Shown here: positions 1 to 11,345 of the stretch, piece by piece
Numbering within the stretch: position 1 is the first letter of the stretch
Layout: every line of letters starts with the position of its first letter
Assembly (NCBI RefSeq): GCF_964204645.1
Contig: NC_134036.1
Location: forward strand, 6,588,374-6,652,373
DNA length: 64,000 bases
Origin: Tubulanus polymorphus
Lineage: Eukaryota; Animalia; Nemertea
Direction of reading: 5' to 3'
The notes under the pieces: model-generated
Databases searched by the model: none
What the model was told of the DNA's origin: nothing
What the model saw: only the letters and a program-made list of their open reading frames with translations
Made by a program: the position numbers and the translations under genes

Positions 1-605
1 TCAGTTTGTAAGGGGAGATGACTGAGGGTACAGTACAATCAGTCTGCAAGGGGAGATGACTGAGGGTACAGTACAGTCTGCAAGGGGAGATGACTGAGGG
101 TACAGTACAATCAGTATGCAAGGAGAGATAACTGAGGGTACGGTACAATAAGTATGTAAGGAGAGATGACTGAGGGTACAGTACAATCAGTTTGTAAGAG
201 GAGATGACTGAGGGTACAGTGCGATCAGTCTGCAAGGAGAGGTGATTGAGGGTACAGTACAACCAGTCTGTATGGTGAGAGGACTGAGGGTACACTACAA
301 TCAGTCTGCAAGGAGAGAGGACTGAGGGTACAGTACAGTCAGTATGCAAGGAGAGATGACTGAGGGTACAGTACAATCAGTTTGTAAGAGGAGATGACTG
401 AGGGTACAGTACGATCAGTCTGCAAGGGGAGATGACTGAGGGTACAGCACAATCAGTAAGCAAGGAGAGATGACTGAGGGTACTGTACAATCAGTATGCA
501 AGGAGAGATGACTGAGGGTACAGTACAATCAGTTTGTAAGAGGAGATGACTGAGGGTATAGTACGATCAGTCTGCAAGGAGAGGTGATTGAGGGTACAGT
601 ACAAT
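1..605. repeat. 38-bp tandem satellite, array 1 (runs off the window start)
   Basis: Unit approx. GACTGAGGGTACAGTACAATCAGTCTGCAAGGGGAGAT; GAC starts at 20, 58 and 92 (38-bp period with 34-bp deletion variants). Confidence 0.97.
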
Positions 606-1637
606 CGATTGGGAGGTGATATTCAGGACCTTGTTTAGAGAGTTTTGTTTCCAACAGGAGTGTAGGTTAGGGATCGTTTAAAGAGTTAGGATCTGGATTT
701 TATATTCTAAAATGTTTTCCGACTTGGAATAATAGGACTTATTATCAATTTTAACCCAGTATTAAGTATTCATCCTCCACGGATTTATGCTAAGTTGGAG
801 GAATGGACTAATTAGTGCTGTCGGAGTACAGAGAATTTAATGATTTATATTTTTTCTCCACTCCTAGAACCAAGAGATTTGTCAGAACTTGTATTATGCT
901 GGATCACAGTTGAAGTAAAACTTTTGCTGTATACTGTACTTTCTTTCAAATCGAAAAGTTCTCTATTTGTATATCATCAGTGGAAAGAACATAGTTTCCA
1001 TTTCTTTTTAATGAATCGAATTTACGATAACTGGTGGTATTCGATTGCTACTCGTCATAGAATATCTACAACAGAATATATACAACATTGGATGGATTGA
1101 CCATTGATGTTTCAAACACGTTGACGACAGTAGTCGCGGTGTTATTGCGTGTGACCAATAGAAATATTGGAACTGGACGTTTCTAATATTTTCTTGCTCC
1201 GTTTCGCGGGAACTTTTTTCCTAATTTTGCGTAAGACGTTGGTGATTTCTACGAGACTACATTTCTACATTTCCACACAGTTTTTCGACTACGGGACTGA
1301 ATAAATTAATGATTATTTGTAATACACAAAACCAGATATGCAGAATAGATAAGTATTGTTATCATTTTTTTGGTTTCAGTGAATCTTGGTTAGGTTATGG
1401 TTGGGTAGTGTTTTTTTTTTAAATTTTGGTTTGTCAGTCTAAAGCAAAATTTGAATGATATCTGCTATAGATTCTTATAGTTATACGAGAATTTCTTTTA
1501 ATTCTAATGCATGAGTAAATTGTATAATCATTTCATTGTTTGATTTTGATTTAGTTGGTTTGACGTAGTTAACGAGGATTCAAATTTCTTTTGTTCCCAA
1601 GGCGCACGTTGGCCAATAACATTCCGGCACGTTGGCC
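606..1637. repeat. Duplicated non-coding block, copy 1 (copy 2 at 11181-12490)
   Basis: Begins CGATTGGGAGGTGATATTCAGG at both 606 and 11181 and is near-identical to ...CACGTTGGCC. Copy 1 lacks the roughly 300 bp at 11290-11590 and is cut by an LTR at 1639. Confidence 0.93.
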
Positions 1638-1638
1638 G

Positions 1639-2447
1639 TGTTGTGGAGTTGAATTTTGAGGTTGTCCGCTTCTGTTGTGATCTCTACCACTGTTATGGTT
1701 GCGTTTCTCTACCAGCGATGTCGTGCAGGATCTGTCTTTAGGCCAGGTCTTCTTCCCAGTTCTTGACTTTGGCTCCCGTATATAACTTAACTACTTCTTA
1801 AATTATATATTCGTTTATTATCTCTTAACTCGTTGTTTACAGATTCTTCCCCGGAGCTCAACTCCCGTGCTTACTAAAAACCCCCTTATTTATCTAACTT
1901 TCTCTTGTATAACCGGTGCAGGAGCTCTTCTATACATGGCTTGGAATTCATTGCTTGTGATGTATTTATACGTCACAACATTCCTCCCTATTTATATAAC
2001 TTTAACGTGTGCAGGTCCTCTTCCACACATGGCTTGGAATTCATTGCTTGTGACGTATTTATACGTCACAACATTCCTTCCATCCATGTATGGGCGCTGA
2101 CGTATCTGCACACGTCATAATTTTCTATAAATATATTTCCGCACTCAACGGAGCGCATAACCGGACCATATTAGCTCTTCCTACGTTGACACATACGTCA
2201 CTTCCAGACTTGTTTATTTATATAATTTCTATTTATGTTTATGTACGACGTACATATCCAGGCAGGTTGTCTGGTAACTGCACTGCTGGCCATGAACTCC
2301 CGCTTCTGTATATTACTTGTTGATTTTGTTTAAATGCTGACAACTGAAACCTACTAATGTGTTTCCTAAAGGCTTGTTGATATAATTTCATAGATCTACT
2401 TGGAAGCTAATATTTTCATTAATTATTTCATCAAAGTCTCCATAATA
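1639..2447 (-). mobile_element. 3' LTR of an LTR retrotransposon (family A)
   Basis: Termini TGTTGTGGAG ... CTCCATAATA (8/10 inverted match). Minus-strand AATAAA near 1815 and repeated TGACGT motifs. Followed by a PPT-like tract. An inverted homolog lies at about 37050-37752. Confidence 0.8.
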
Positions 2448-2449
2448 TA

Positions 2450-2482
2450 TCCCCCGGCCCAGGTCGTTTGCCCTCAAACGAC
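2450..2482 (-). other. Polypurine tract and upstream hairpin of LTR element A
   Basis: Minus strand reads GTCGTTTG-AGGG-CAAACGAC (hairpin) then CTGGGCCGGGGGA directly before the LTR, the usual hairpin+PPT layout of Gypsy/BEL 3' ends. Confidence 0.7.
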
Positions 2483-2773
2483 AAAATTAATGCAGTCCGA
2501 ATTTTCAGAAGACCCCTAAAATTGATGTCAAAACGCCAGGTATCAGCTGCCAACACCAAACATCATCAGTACACAATAAACGAATACAACATCCATTTTC
2601 TCTTGAACTCAACCGTAAAGCAATAAAACATAATGTCATTTTCCTCAACACAATCTCTGCTAAAAATATACATACTCATAACCAAGAAGTACGACCCCAA
2701 AAATCTTTTAGTCAGTATAACACACAATTCTTCATCCAACGAACACGCAATTTTTACACTTAAAGGATTTACT

Positions 2774-3340
2774 ATGAATTCCGTTGACTTCTTCGGTAAG
2801 CAACAATATATCTCTTCTTTTTAAGTTCTAAAGTCCTATCTCTATACCTTTATTTCTAACTCTTTTTTCAATACAATATGTATCTTGAATCCATCATTTA
2901 TTTCTTCTTTTTTCTTTTTTTTTTTTTTTATTTTAGCCTATTTGGTACTGAATATGCTGTACGGCTTCATTGCCGCCCAGCCTGGTAAGACCAATAAACT
3001 ATGTACTAACATCATTCATTATTTACTGATATCAATTTTACAAGTTTAATTTTTTTTTTTTTCCTAACCATTGGGTAACAATATTATTTTCAATTTAGGT
3101 AACCGATATCGGTTACTGGCAATTATACTGAGGGCAATCAATGACAGTAGTGCATCGGATCCAGGTATAGAACTTAACTAATATTAACTAATATTGATTT
3201 ATTCATTTACTGATTTTTTTTTTTTTTTTTTTTTTTTCACTTGCCAATTCGTAACAGTTCGCTTAATAATAATATTTACAATTTTTATCATAATTATAGT
3301 GCCCCACCCCGAAAGAGGTGTCTCGTTGCGGTGCGCTTGA
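2774..3340 (+). CDS. Small spliced gene antisense to LTR element A; exons 2774-2795, 2937-2984, 3099-3164, last exon uncertain (acceptor at 3258 or 3300, stop 3338-3340)
   Basis: GT-AG introns (G|gtaag, G|gtaag, G|gtata). Product starts MNSVDFFAYLVLNMLYGFIAAQPGNRYRLLAIILRAINDSSASDP. Exon lengths and phases are identical to the paralog at 6070. Confidence 0.75.
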
Positions 3341-3438
3341 CACCCGCAGCTCCGACATCAATAGCTGCAGCACGGTCACCTTCTAGGGACAATAGTGGGA
3401 CTCCGTATTCCCGGCTAACGGACTTTGAGTTACAAGAC

Positions 3439-4326
3439 TGATATGTTGTAAATTCCCAAATTTCATTCTCTCATACAAAGCTCATTTCACTTCCACCATC
3501 TGGTAGAACCTATCGGCCAGCAGTCCACGTAAGGCTAAATTAGCTAAGAAATAGCATACTGCTGAGCGGTAGAGTTCTACTTCAGATATAGACCCTTTCC
3601 TCTCGCGCCACTCTCCCACCTGCACTCACGCGGTACACCAATAAATTCCCATTTTTCTCTCTGTAATATTTGGACTTCTATTCAGTGGATTTTGGACATA
3701 TATAGTTTTTCTGGCTTCAGGTAGCTTTATATCAAAATTTTAAAACTAGCTGTCTGAAGTTTCTGTTGCATGTATGCGCTCGTTGGTAATTCACAGACAA
3801 TAGCTGCTCTCTCAACAACGACTAGCAAGGAGTGAGTAAATCACAACGCGTCATGACAGGAGGGTCGGAAGAAAAAGTTTATATCAGCAAAACAGTTTCT
3901 AAAAAACCTTTAGATCAGCAAATCAGTAGGGCTAAATTTTCTGTAACTAAGTACGGTCATGACAGTTGGGTAGCTGCTCCTTGCCAAAAAGCGGAAGACC
4001 CTGCGTGGGAGAATCGGAATTCCGAGAATGCCGGTTCTTTCTACAAAAGGGGGCCGCTATCGAGAGAGAGGGCAGAATCTGTACCTTAGTAAGACGAGTG
4101 TCGACAGCAGGACAGGAGAAGCTTCGGAACGATAGGGATTCACATACAATAGGGATTAGGGAAATCATTCTTTGTTCAAGGTAAATAAAATATATTATCT
4201 TCAAGATTATCATCCGGTATTTCAATTTATTCATTCGGATTAGTGCACGGACACGTTATCTCGCCAGGGCCTTACTCAAGTATTTTATAGATAACGATTA
4301 AAGAGAGGATTGTGACCGGCGTATCA
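3439..4326 (+). mobile_element. LTR (family C relative)
   Basis: TGATA...TATCA termini. 3745-4326 is homologous to 8316-8929. AATAAA near 4185. No TSD, so the left boundary is inferred. Confidence 0.65.
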
Positions 4327-5009
4327 GTAAAATCAGTTTGTAAGGGGGAGATGACTGAGGTTACAGTGCAATCAGTCTGCAAGAAGAGATGACTGAGGGT
4401 ACAGTACAATCAGTCTGCAAGAAGAGATGACTGAGGATACAGCACAATCAGTCTGCAAGGGGAGATGACTGAGGGTACAGCACAATCAGTCTGCAAGGGG
4501 AGATGACTGAGGGTACAGTACAATCAGTTTGTAAGGGGATATCACTGAGGGTACAGTACAATCAGTCTGCAAGGAGAGATGACTGAGGGTACAGTACAAT
4601 CAGTATGCTAGGGGAGATGACTGAGGGTACAGTACAATCAGTCTGTAAGGGGAGATGACTGAGGGTACAGTACAATCAGTATGCTAGGGGATATCACTGA
4701 GGGTACAGTACAATCAGTCTGTAAGGGGAGATGACTGAGGGTACAGCACAATCAGTCTGCAAGGGGAGATGACTGAGTGTACAGCACAATCAGTCTACAA
4801 GGGGAGATGACTGAGGGTAAAGTACAACCAGTCTGTAAGGGGAGATGACTGATGGTACAGTACAATCATTCTGCAAGGAAAGATGACTGAGGGTACAGTA
4901 CAATCAGTCTGCAAGGGGAGATGACTGAGGGTACAGTACAATCATTTTGTGACGGGATATCACTGAGGGTCCAGTACAATAAGTCTGTAAGGGGAGATGA
5001 CTAAGGGTA
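4327..5009. repeat. 38-bp satellite, array 2
   Basis: Same unit as 1-605; interrupted at ...GACTAAGGGTA|TGTTGTGG by an LTR. Confidence 0.97.
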
Positions 5010-6069
5010 TGTTGTGGGGGTCCTTTTCCCAGTGTTAGGGTGTCGTGTGTTGACCACCTGTGTTGTTTGCGTTTCACCAGCGTAGTTCCTTGGGGTTCTT
5101 CTCATAAAATAACTACAACTAGCTTTCTTCTACCGATCCAGATCTTTATTCTTTATACTCTCTTCTTAAAATCATTTTAGCACGTCCCCTCTAGTTCTAA
5201 CCACTAGCTCAACCGACCTAGCTCTACCGAACCAGCTTTTATCGACCAAACTCCATTAAAACCCTTCCCTTTTATACTTATTCTTCCTTCGCTCGTGACG
5301 TATATTTCCACACCGATTGGCATCATAGCCTGTGACGTATTATCGTATTACTACAGTTCTACTGGCCATGTAAATCATTTCTACGTGTGTTATACGTCAC
5401 GAGCGCTAAATTTATAACTCAACTTTCTAGAGCTCAAGGCTGCTGCTATAACAAGCTTTCCCACGTAAATACCTACGTCACTCTCACCTATCTTCTATGC
5501 TTCTCTCTTATGTGTGACGTAAGTATTCACGTAGGTTGCCTGCTAACCGCAACTACTGCCTTGAACTCTGGCGTATTTTCCTGTTGTCTAAATAGGTAAT
5601 TTATTACTCCAATACTACTCCCCTTTCCAGACGATTGGACCGCCAATCGCCAAAACAAAATACTGAGGCCCGTTTGCATTTCCAAAGATTTTTGTTCAAA
5701 GATTTTTTTTGTTAAAAGAGCCGCATCCAGCAAAATTGCAAAATCAGTACCCCTTACTTTCATGAACAATTTTTTTTTTCTAACAACTTCTTTCACCTCT
5801 TGAACTTTACCGTAAGGTAATAAAAAATGGTGCTTCATGATAAATGATATAACAATCTTGCAACTGATGCACGTAAATTTTCAACATCTGGATGGTAGAG
5901 AGAGAAAAGAAAACGCATTTATTTTTTTTTTCTTCTGACCAGCAACAATAACAGTACACCTGGCCAGAAAGTCACCCTTGATACTGAGTAAAATCCCCAT
6001 CTCTTAGACATTTTACTTCCATCCGCCATATAGACTAAACCATCATCACCATCCGGATTAGCATTTACA

Positions 6070-7286
6070 ATGGACCCAATAGAGTTTTTCGGTAAGCAAC
6101 TTATTTTAGATACTTTAAACTAACACACCAATCATTTTGTACAGTTTTATCTTTACATGCGATAATACATTATGCGCCACTCTTGCACTTTGTTATTTTA
6201 AACGGTCACATCGACCCTGATAAGATCTATCAACCCATGCGTTACTTCTAAAAATGTGAACAATATAATATCAGAAAAACCTTGAATTTTAACAATATTA
6301 GTCATGTAACTATAATTATTAATCGTAAATACGTTAATTGCACCTCAGTCCATTCCATTACCGTTGTATTATAATATGCAACAATACTTTTATATACACT
6401 ATTCTTTTTTCCATTGTATATGTTAATCAGCATTACCAAGGTACTGTACGGCAACGTACTAATACTGTGCTTCAAAGCATGAAGTATATAAAATTAGAAA
6501 CCTCAAAATTAAAAACATATATATCCCATTCTGTCATATTGTTTTTTTCATATCAGCCTCACTGGTCCTACACATGCTGTATGGCTTTATACTAGCGCAG
6601 CCCGGTAAGACTTTTTAATTCATTTTATGTACTAAAAAAACAATTTATAATTGCTTTTCTAACATACTTTTGTAACGCAGGCGATCGACAGCAATTATTA
6701 GATATAATTCGGGCTGCCACTACTGACTTACGCGCCGCTTTTTCAGGTATACATTCTATATATCTTTTTTTATAACTATAGTTCATACGTATTTATTTAT
6801 TCATTTCTTATATCATTAGTTATATGTTCTAATTCTAATAATTATACAATCGCAACGCCACGAACACAATTCCACATGTTACCTGTACATACATTGTTCA
6901 ATTACTTAGGGCTCTCAGTTCCATTCACCCCTCCCCCAACACGAGGGCAAAATACGGCGCGGCAAAGGGGTACGGGAAGGGGGCAACCAAGCGGCGGCAC
7001 CCTCCGCATGCACCTTTATTCCCGTCGCACTAACGCGCCCACACACCGGAGCGTGGACCCCTCACCCTCCGGTCTGGGGCCACAATCCCTACCCCATAAC
7101 CGCATGTCCCCATCCCCCAGTACCTCTTCTCCCAATCATACTCTCTTCCTCGACCTCTCCCAGCACCCCCTCCTATCACTTGGTGTTCCCGATTCCCCTC
7201 CTGTACCTGATTCCCCTTTTTACCTGATTCCCATTCCAGATATCCCATTCTTCACATCCCTGATACCCTGCCAGCCCTTCTGCTAG
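6070..7286 (+). CDS. Four-exon gene antisense to LTR element B; exons 6070-6091, 6557-6604, 6681-6746, 6910-7286 (170 aa)
   Basis: All introns are GT-AG and phase 1. Product MDPIEFFASLVLHMLYGFILAQPGDRQQLLDIIRAATTDLRAAFSGLSVPFTPPPTRGQNTARQRG...; exon 4 joins in frame with ORF 6876..7286. The stop sits at the deletion junction, so the C-terminus may be truncated. Confidence 0.8.
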
Positions 7287-7651
7287 CAGCACCTCTAGTT
7301 CTAACCACTAGCTCAACCGACCTAGCTCTACCGACCCAGCTTTATCGACCACACTGCATTAAAACCCTCCCTTTTTATACTTATTCTTCCTTCGCTCGTT
7401 CCTTCGCTTATATTTCCACACCGCTTGGCATCATAGCCAGTCACGTATTACCATATTAATACAGTTCTACTGGCGTTGTAAATCATTTCTACGTGTGTTA
7501 TACGTCACGAGCGCTAAACTTATGACTCAACTTTCTAGAGCTCAAGGCTGCTGCTATAACAAGCTTTCCCACGTAGATACCTACGTCACTCTCACCTATC
7601 TTCTATGCTTCTATCTTATGTGTGACGTAAGTATTCACGTAGGTTGCCTGC

Positions 7652-8929
7652 TGATCCGCAGCAAGATTCCGTAGTAACTAAAAAATGTTTGTAATGTTGG
7701 TTTTTGTTTGCGTTGGTGGTTTCTTTATGGGTATCAGACAACAAACGATGTAGTATAAAATTGTGCAAGTTGTTGTTTGATGCTTTGATCTATCAGCGCT
7801 GACAATAAATCAGCCAGGTGCAAAAATAATTCTTTCTCGGTTCTTGTGCTGCGATATCTGGCAAACATTCAGAATTATTTTTAAACTTAAGAATAGACGG
7901 AACTGTAATTGGTTGGGTCGGAACAATGAGGTGCTTTGATAATGTGGTTTGTGCAGGGATCTCGCTGTTACTTCTTGATACTCCCGACTACTTTCTATAA
8001 AAGGAAGAACCGGAAGTATAGGAAGACATTGTTGTTTTGCTTTATCCTGTATTATAATAGAATTAGTTAAATTATAAATGAAAATTGGTATAATAAGTAT
8101 AGAATGATTTTAGATTTGATAATTAATTACATTGTATTTCTGAATCAAAAGTTTACTATTGTTGATTGGAAAAAGAAACGATGAGTTGTTCCATAATCTA
8201 GGTGGAAACTAAGTTTTGAAAATATATCTAAATTAAGTATCCTGGATGTTAATTAAGGACAAGACCTTTATAATCGCTTAAGTTTTATGGAAGTTTAATT
8301 GTGGCAAATATCAATACTAGCTCTCTAAGGTTTCTGTTGGTGTACATGTCTGTTGGTAACTCGTAGAGAATAGCTGCTCTCTCAACAATGATAAGCAAGG
8401 AGTGAGTAAATCAAAGCGCGTCATGACAGGAGGGTTGAAAAGAAAAGTTACTTTGGCAAATCAGTTTCTCAAATAATTTTAGATTAGCGAATCATTAAGG
8501 CTAATTCTACATGTCCAAAACCGTCATGACAGCTAGGTTGCTGCTCCTTGCCAAAAGTCGAACGGGAGAGTCGGCATTCTAGGAATGCCGATCTTTTCTA
8601 TAAAAGAGGCCCGCAGTCTTGAGAAAACAGACCTACCAGGGACGCTCGTTAAGATACTTGAGATTTGGGTTGAAATACCAGAATTAAGACGGGTTGCCAA
8701 CAGTAGTGTACAATAGGAATTTAGAGTTAGGAATTGGACTGTGTGCTATCTGGAGATATTACTATTATCAAGGTAAATAAAATCTATTTTATTATTATTA
8801 TATTCAATCAGAATTTCGGCATTTTAGTTTGATTATTTGGGTTTGTGCACGGACACGTTCTCTCGCCAGGGACCGATCTTTACGTTTTTATATTCAACGA
8901 TTAAGGAGAGGATTGTGACCGGTCTATCA
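7652..8929 (+). mobile_element. Solo LTR (family C, 1278 bp) nested in the family B LTR
   Basis: TGAT...ATCA termini. 4-bp TSD CTGC at 7648-7651 and 8930-8933. The empty site GTTGCCTGCTAACCGC is visible at about 5535-5550. TATA (CTATAAAAG ~8598) and AATAAA (~8775). Confidence 0.92.
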
Positions 8930-8981
8930 CTGCTAACCGCAACTACTGCCTTGAACTCCGGCTTATTTTCCCGTTGTCTAA

Positions 8982-9537
8982 ACAGTCTGCAAAGGGAGAT
9001 GACTGAGGTACAGTACAATCAGTCTGTAAGGGAAGATGACTGATGATACAGTACAATCAGTCTGTAAGGGAAGATGACTGATGGTACAGTACAATCAGTC
9101 TGTAAGGGAAGATGACTGATGGTACAGTACAATCAGTCTGTAAGGGAAGATGACTGAGGGTACAGTACAATCAGTCTGCAAGGAGAGATGACTGAGGCTA
9201 CAGTACAATCAGTCTGTAAGGGAAGATGACTGATGGTACAGTACAATCAGTCTGTAAGGGAAGATGACTGATGGTACAGTACAATCAGTCTGTAAGGGAA
9301 GATGACTGATGGTACAGTACAATCAGTCTGTAAGGGAAGATGACTGAGGGTACAGTACAATCAGTCTGTAAGGGAAGATGACTGATGGTACAGTACAATC
9401 AGTCTGTGAGGGAAGATGACTGATGTACAGTACAATCAGTCTGTAAGGGAAGATGACTGAGGGTACAGTCCAATAAGTCTGTAAGGGAAGATGACTGAGG
9501 GTACAGTACACTCAGTCTGTAAGGGTGATGACTGAGG
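8982..9537. repeat. 38-bp satellite, array 3 (homogenised variant)
   Basis: Dominant unit TCTGTAAGGGAAGATGACTGATGGTACAGTACAATCAG, distinct from arrays 1, 2 and 4. Confidence 0.96.
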
Positions 9538-9538
9538 T

Positions 9539-9930
9539 GAACTCAACCGTAGAGCAATAAAGCATAATGTCATCTTCATCAGCAATATCTCTGCTAAAAA
9601 TATACCTATTTATATATAATAAATACGATTCCAATCTTTAGTTAGTAAAACACACAAGTTCACATCTAAAGGATTCAGTATACACACAATTTTACATCTG
9701 AAGGATTCAGTATAACACACAATTTTACATCTGAAGGATTTATCATGAATTCCGTAGAATTTTTCGGTAAGCAACAATATATATATATATATTTTTTTTT
9801 AAGTTCTATCTCTATACTTTTAACTTCTAAACTCTTTATTAATTACAATATGTATCTTGAATCAATTTTGTCTCTAATTCAGCGTATTTGGTATTAAACA
9901 TGCTCTATGGCTTCATCGCCGCCCAGCCCA
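9539..9930 (+). pseudogene. Fragment of the antisense spliced gene (exons 9745-9766, 9883-9930) embedded in satellite
   Basis: Homologous to 2606-2984; encodes MNSVEFFAYLVLNMLYGFIAAQP, then satellite resumes. Confidence 0.85.
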
Positions 9931-11180
9931 GTACAATCAGTCTGCAAAGGCAAGATGACTGAGGGTACAGTACAATCAGTCTGTAAGGAGAGATGACTGA
10001 GGGTACAGTACAATCAGTCTGCAATGGGAGATGACTGAGGGTACAGTACAATCAGTTTGTAAGGGGAGATGACTGAGGGTACAATACAATCAGTCTGCAA
10101 GGGGAGATGACTGAGGGTACAGTACAGTCTGCAAGGGGAGATGACTGATGGTACAGTACAGTCTGCAATGGGAGATGACTGAGGGTACAGTACAATCAGT
10201 TTGTAAGGGGCGATGACTGAGGGTACAGTACAACCAGTCTGCAAGGGGAGATGACTGAGGGTACAGTACAATCAGTTTGTAAGGGGAGATGACTGAGGGT
10301 ACAGTACAATCAGTCTGCAAGGGGAGATGACTGAGGGTACAGTACAGTCTGCAAGGAGAGATGACTGAGGGTATTGTACAACCAGTCTGCAAGGGGAGAT
10401 GACTAAGGGTACAGTACAATCAGTATGCAAGGAGAGATAACTGAGGGTACGGTACAATCAGTCTGCAAGGTGAGATGACTGAGGGTACAGTACAATCAGT
10501 TTGTAAGAGGAGATGACTGAGGGTACAGTGCGATCAGTCTGCAAGGAGAGGTGATTTAGGGTACAGTACAACCAGTCTGTAAGATGAGAGGACTGAGGGT
10601 ACAGTACAATCAGTCTGCAAGGAGAGAGGACTGAGGGTACAGTACAGTCAGTATGCAAGGAGAGATGACTGAGGGTACAGTACAATCAGTTTGTAAGAGG
10701 AGATGACTGAGGGTACAGTACGATCAGTCTGCAAGGGGAAATGACTGAGGGTACAGCACAATCAGTAAGCAAGGAGAGATGACTGAGGGTACAGTACAAT
10801 CAGTATGCAAGGAGAGATGACTGAGGGTACAGTACAATCAGTTTGTAAGAGGAGATGACTGAGGGTACAGTACGATCAGTCTGCAAGGGGAGATGACTGA
10901 GGGTACAGTACGATCAGTCTGCAAGGGGAGATGACTGAGGGTACAGCACAATCAGTAAGCAAGGAGAGATGACTGAGGGTACAGTACAATCAGTATGCAA
11001 GGAGAGATGACTGAGGGTACAGTACAATCAGTTTGTAAGAGGAGATGACTGAGGGTACAGTACGATCAGTCTGCAAGGGGAGATGACTGAGGGTACAGCA
11101 CAATCAGTAAGCAAGGAGAGATGACTGAGGGTACAGTACGATCAGTCTGCAAGGAGAGGTGATTGAGGGTACAGTACAAT
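9931..11180. repeat. 38-bp satellite, array 4
   Basis: Same unit; the order of variant units from about 10272 matches array 1. Confidence 0.97.
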
Positions 11181-11283
11181 CGATTGGGAGGTGATATTCA
11201 GGACCTTGTTTGGAGAGTTTTGTTACCAACAGGAGTGTAGGTTAGGGATCGTTTAAAGAGTTAGGATCTGGATTTTATATTCT

Positions 11284-11345
<62 letters not shown>

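Larger units (their letters stand above)
5010..8984 (-). mobile_element. Internally deleted LTR retrotransposon (family B): 3' LTR 5010-~5614, PPT 5618-5628, 3' internal region, partial second LTR 7292-7651 plus 8930-8984
   Basis: Starts TGTTGTGG. Minus-strand AATAAA (5145-5150) and TATAAAA (~5271). PPT GGAAAGGGGAG with hairpin CGATTGG-ACCG-CCAATCG (5632-5649). 5188-5595 is repeated at 7292-7651/8930-8984. No gag/pol remains. Confidence 0.8.

Noticed and set aside
2633-2773. Upstream in-frame extension (MSFSSTQSLL...) of the antisense gene
   Set aside because: The homologous region at 9568-9744 has stops and indels and copy B lacks it; the ATG at 2774 is the conserved start.
7652-8300. Possible antisense exon in the family C LTR
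   Set aside because: One acceptor-like site and a short open frame only, with no partner exons or conserved paralog.
10014-10685. MYCTLSHLPLQT-type ORFs (also 1-186 and 9323-9511)
   Set aside because: These are translations of the satellite.
1-11180. CRISPR-like appearance of the 38-bp partly palindromic repeats
   Set aside because: Units are head-to-tail with no unique spacers, there are no cas genes, and the context is eukaryotic.
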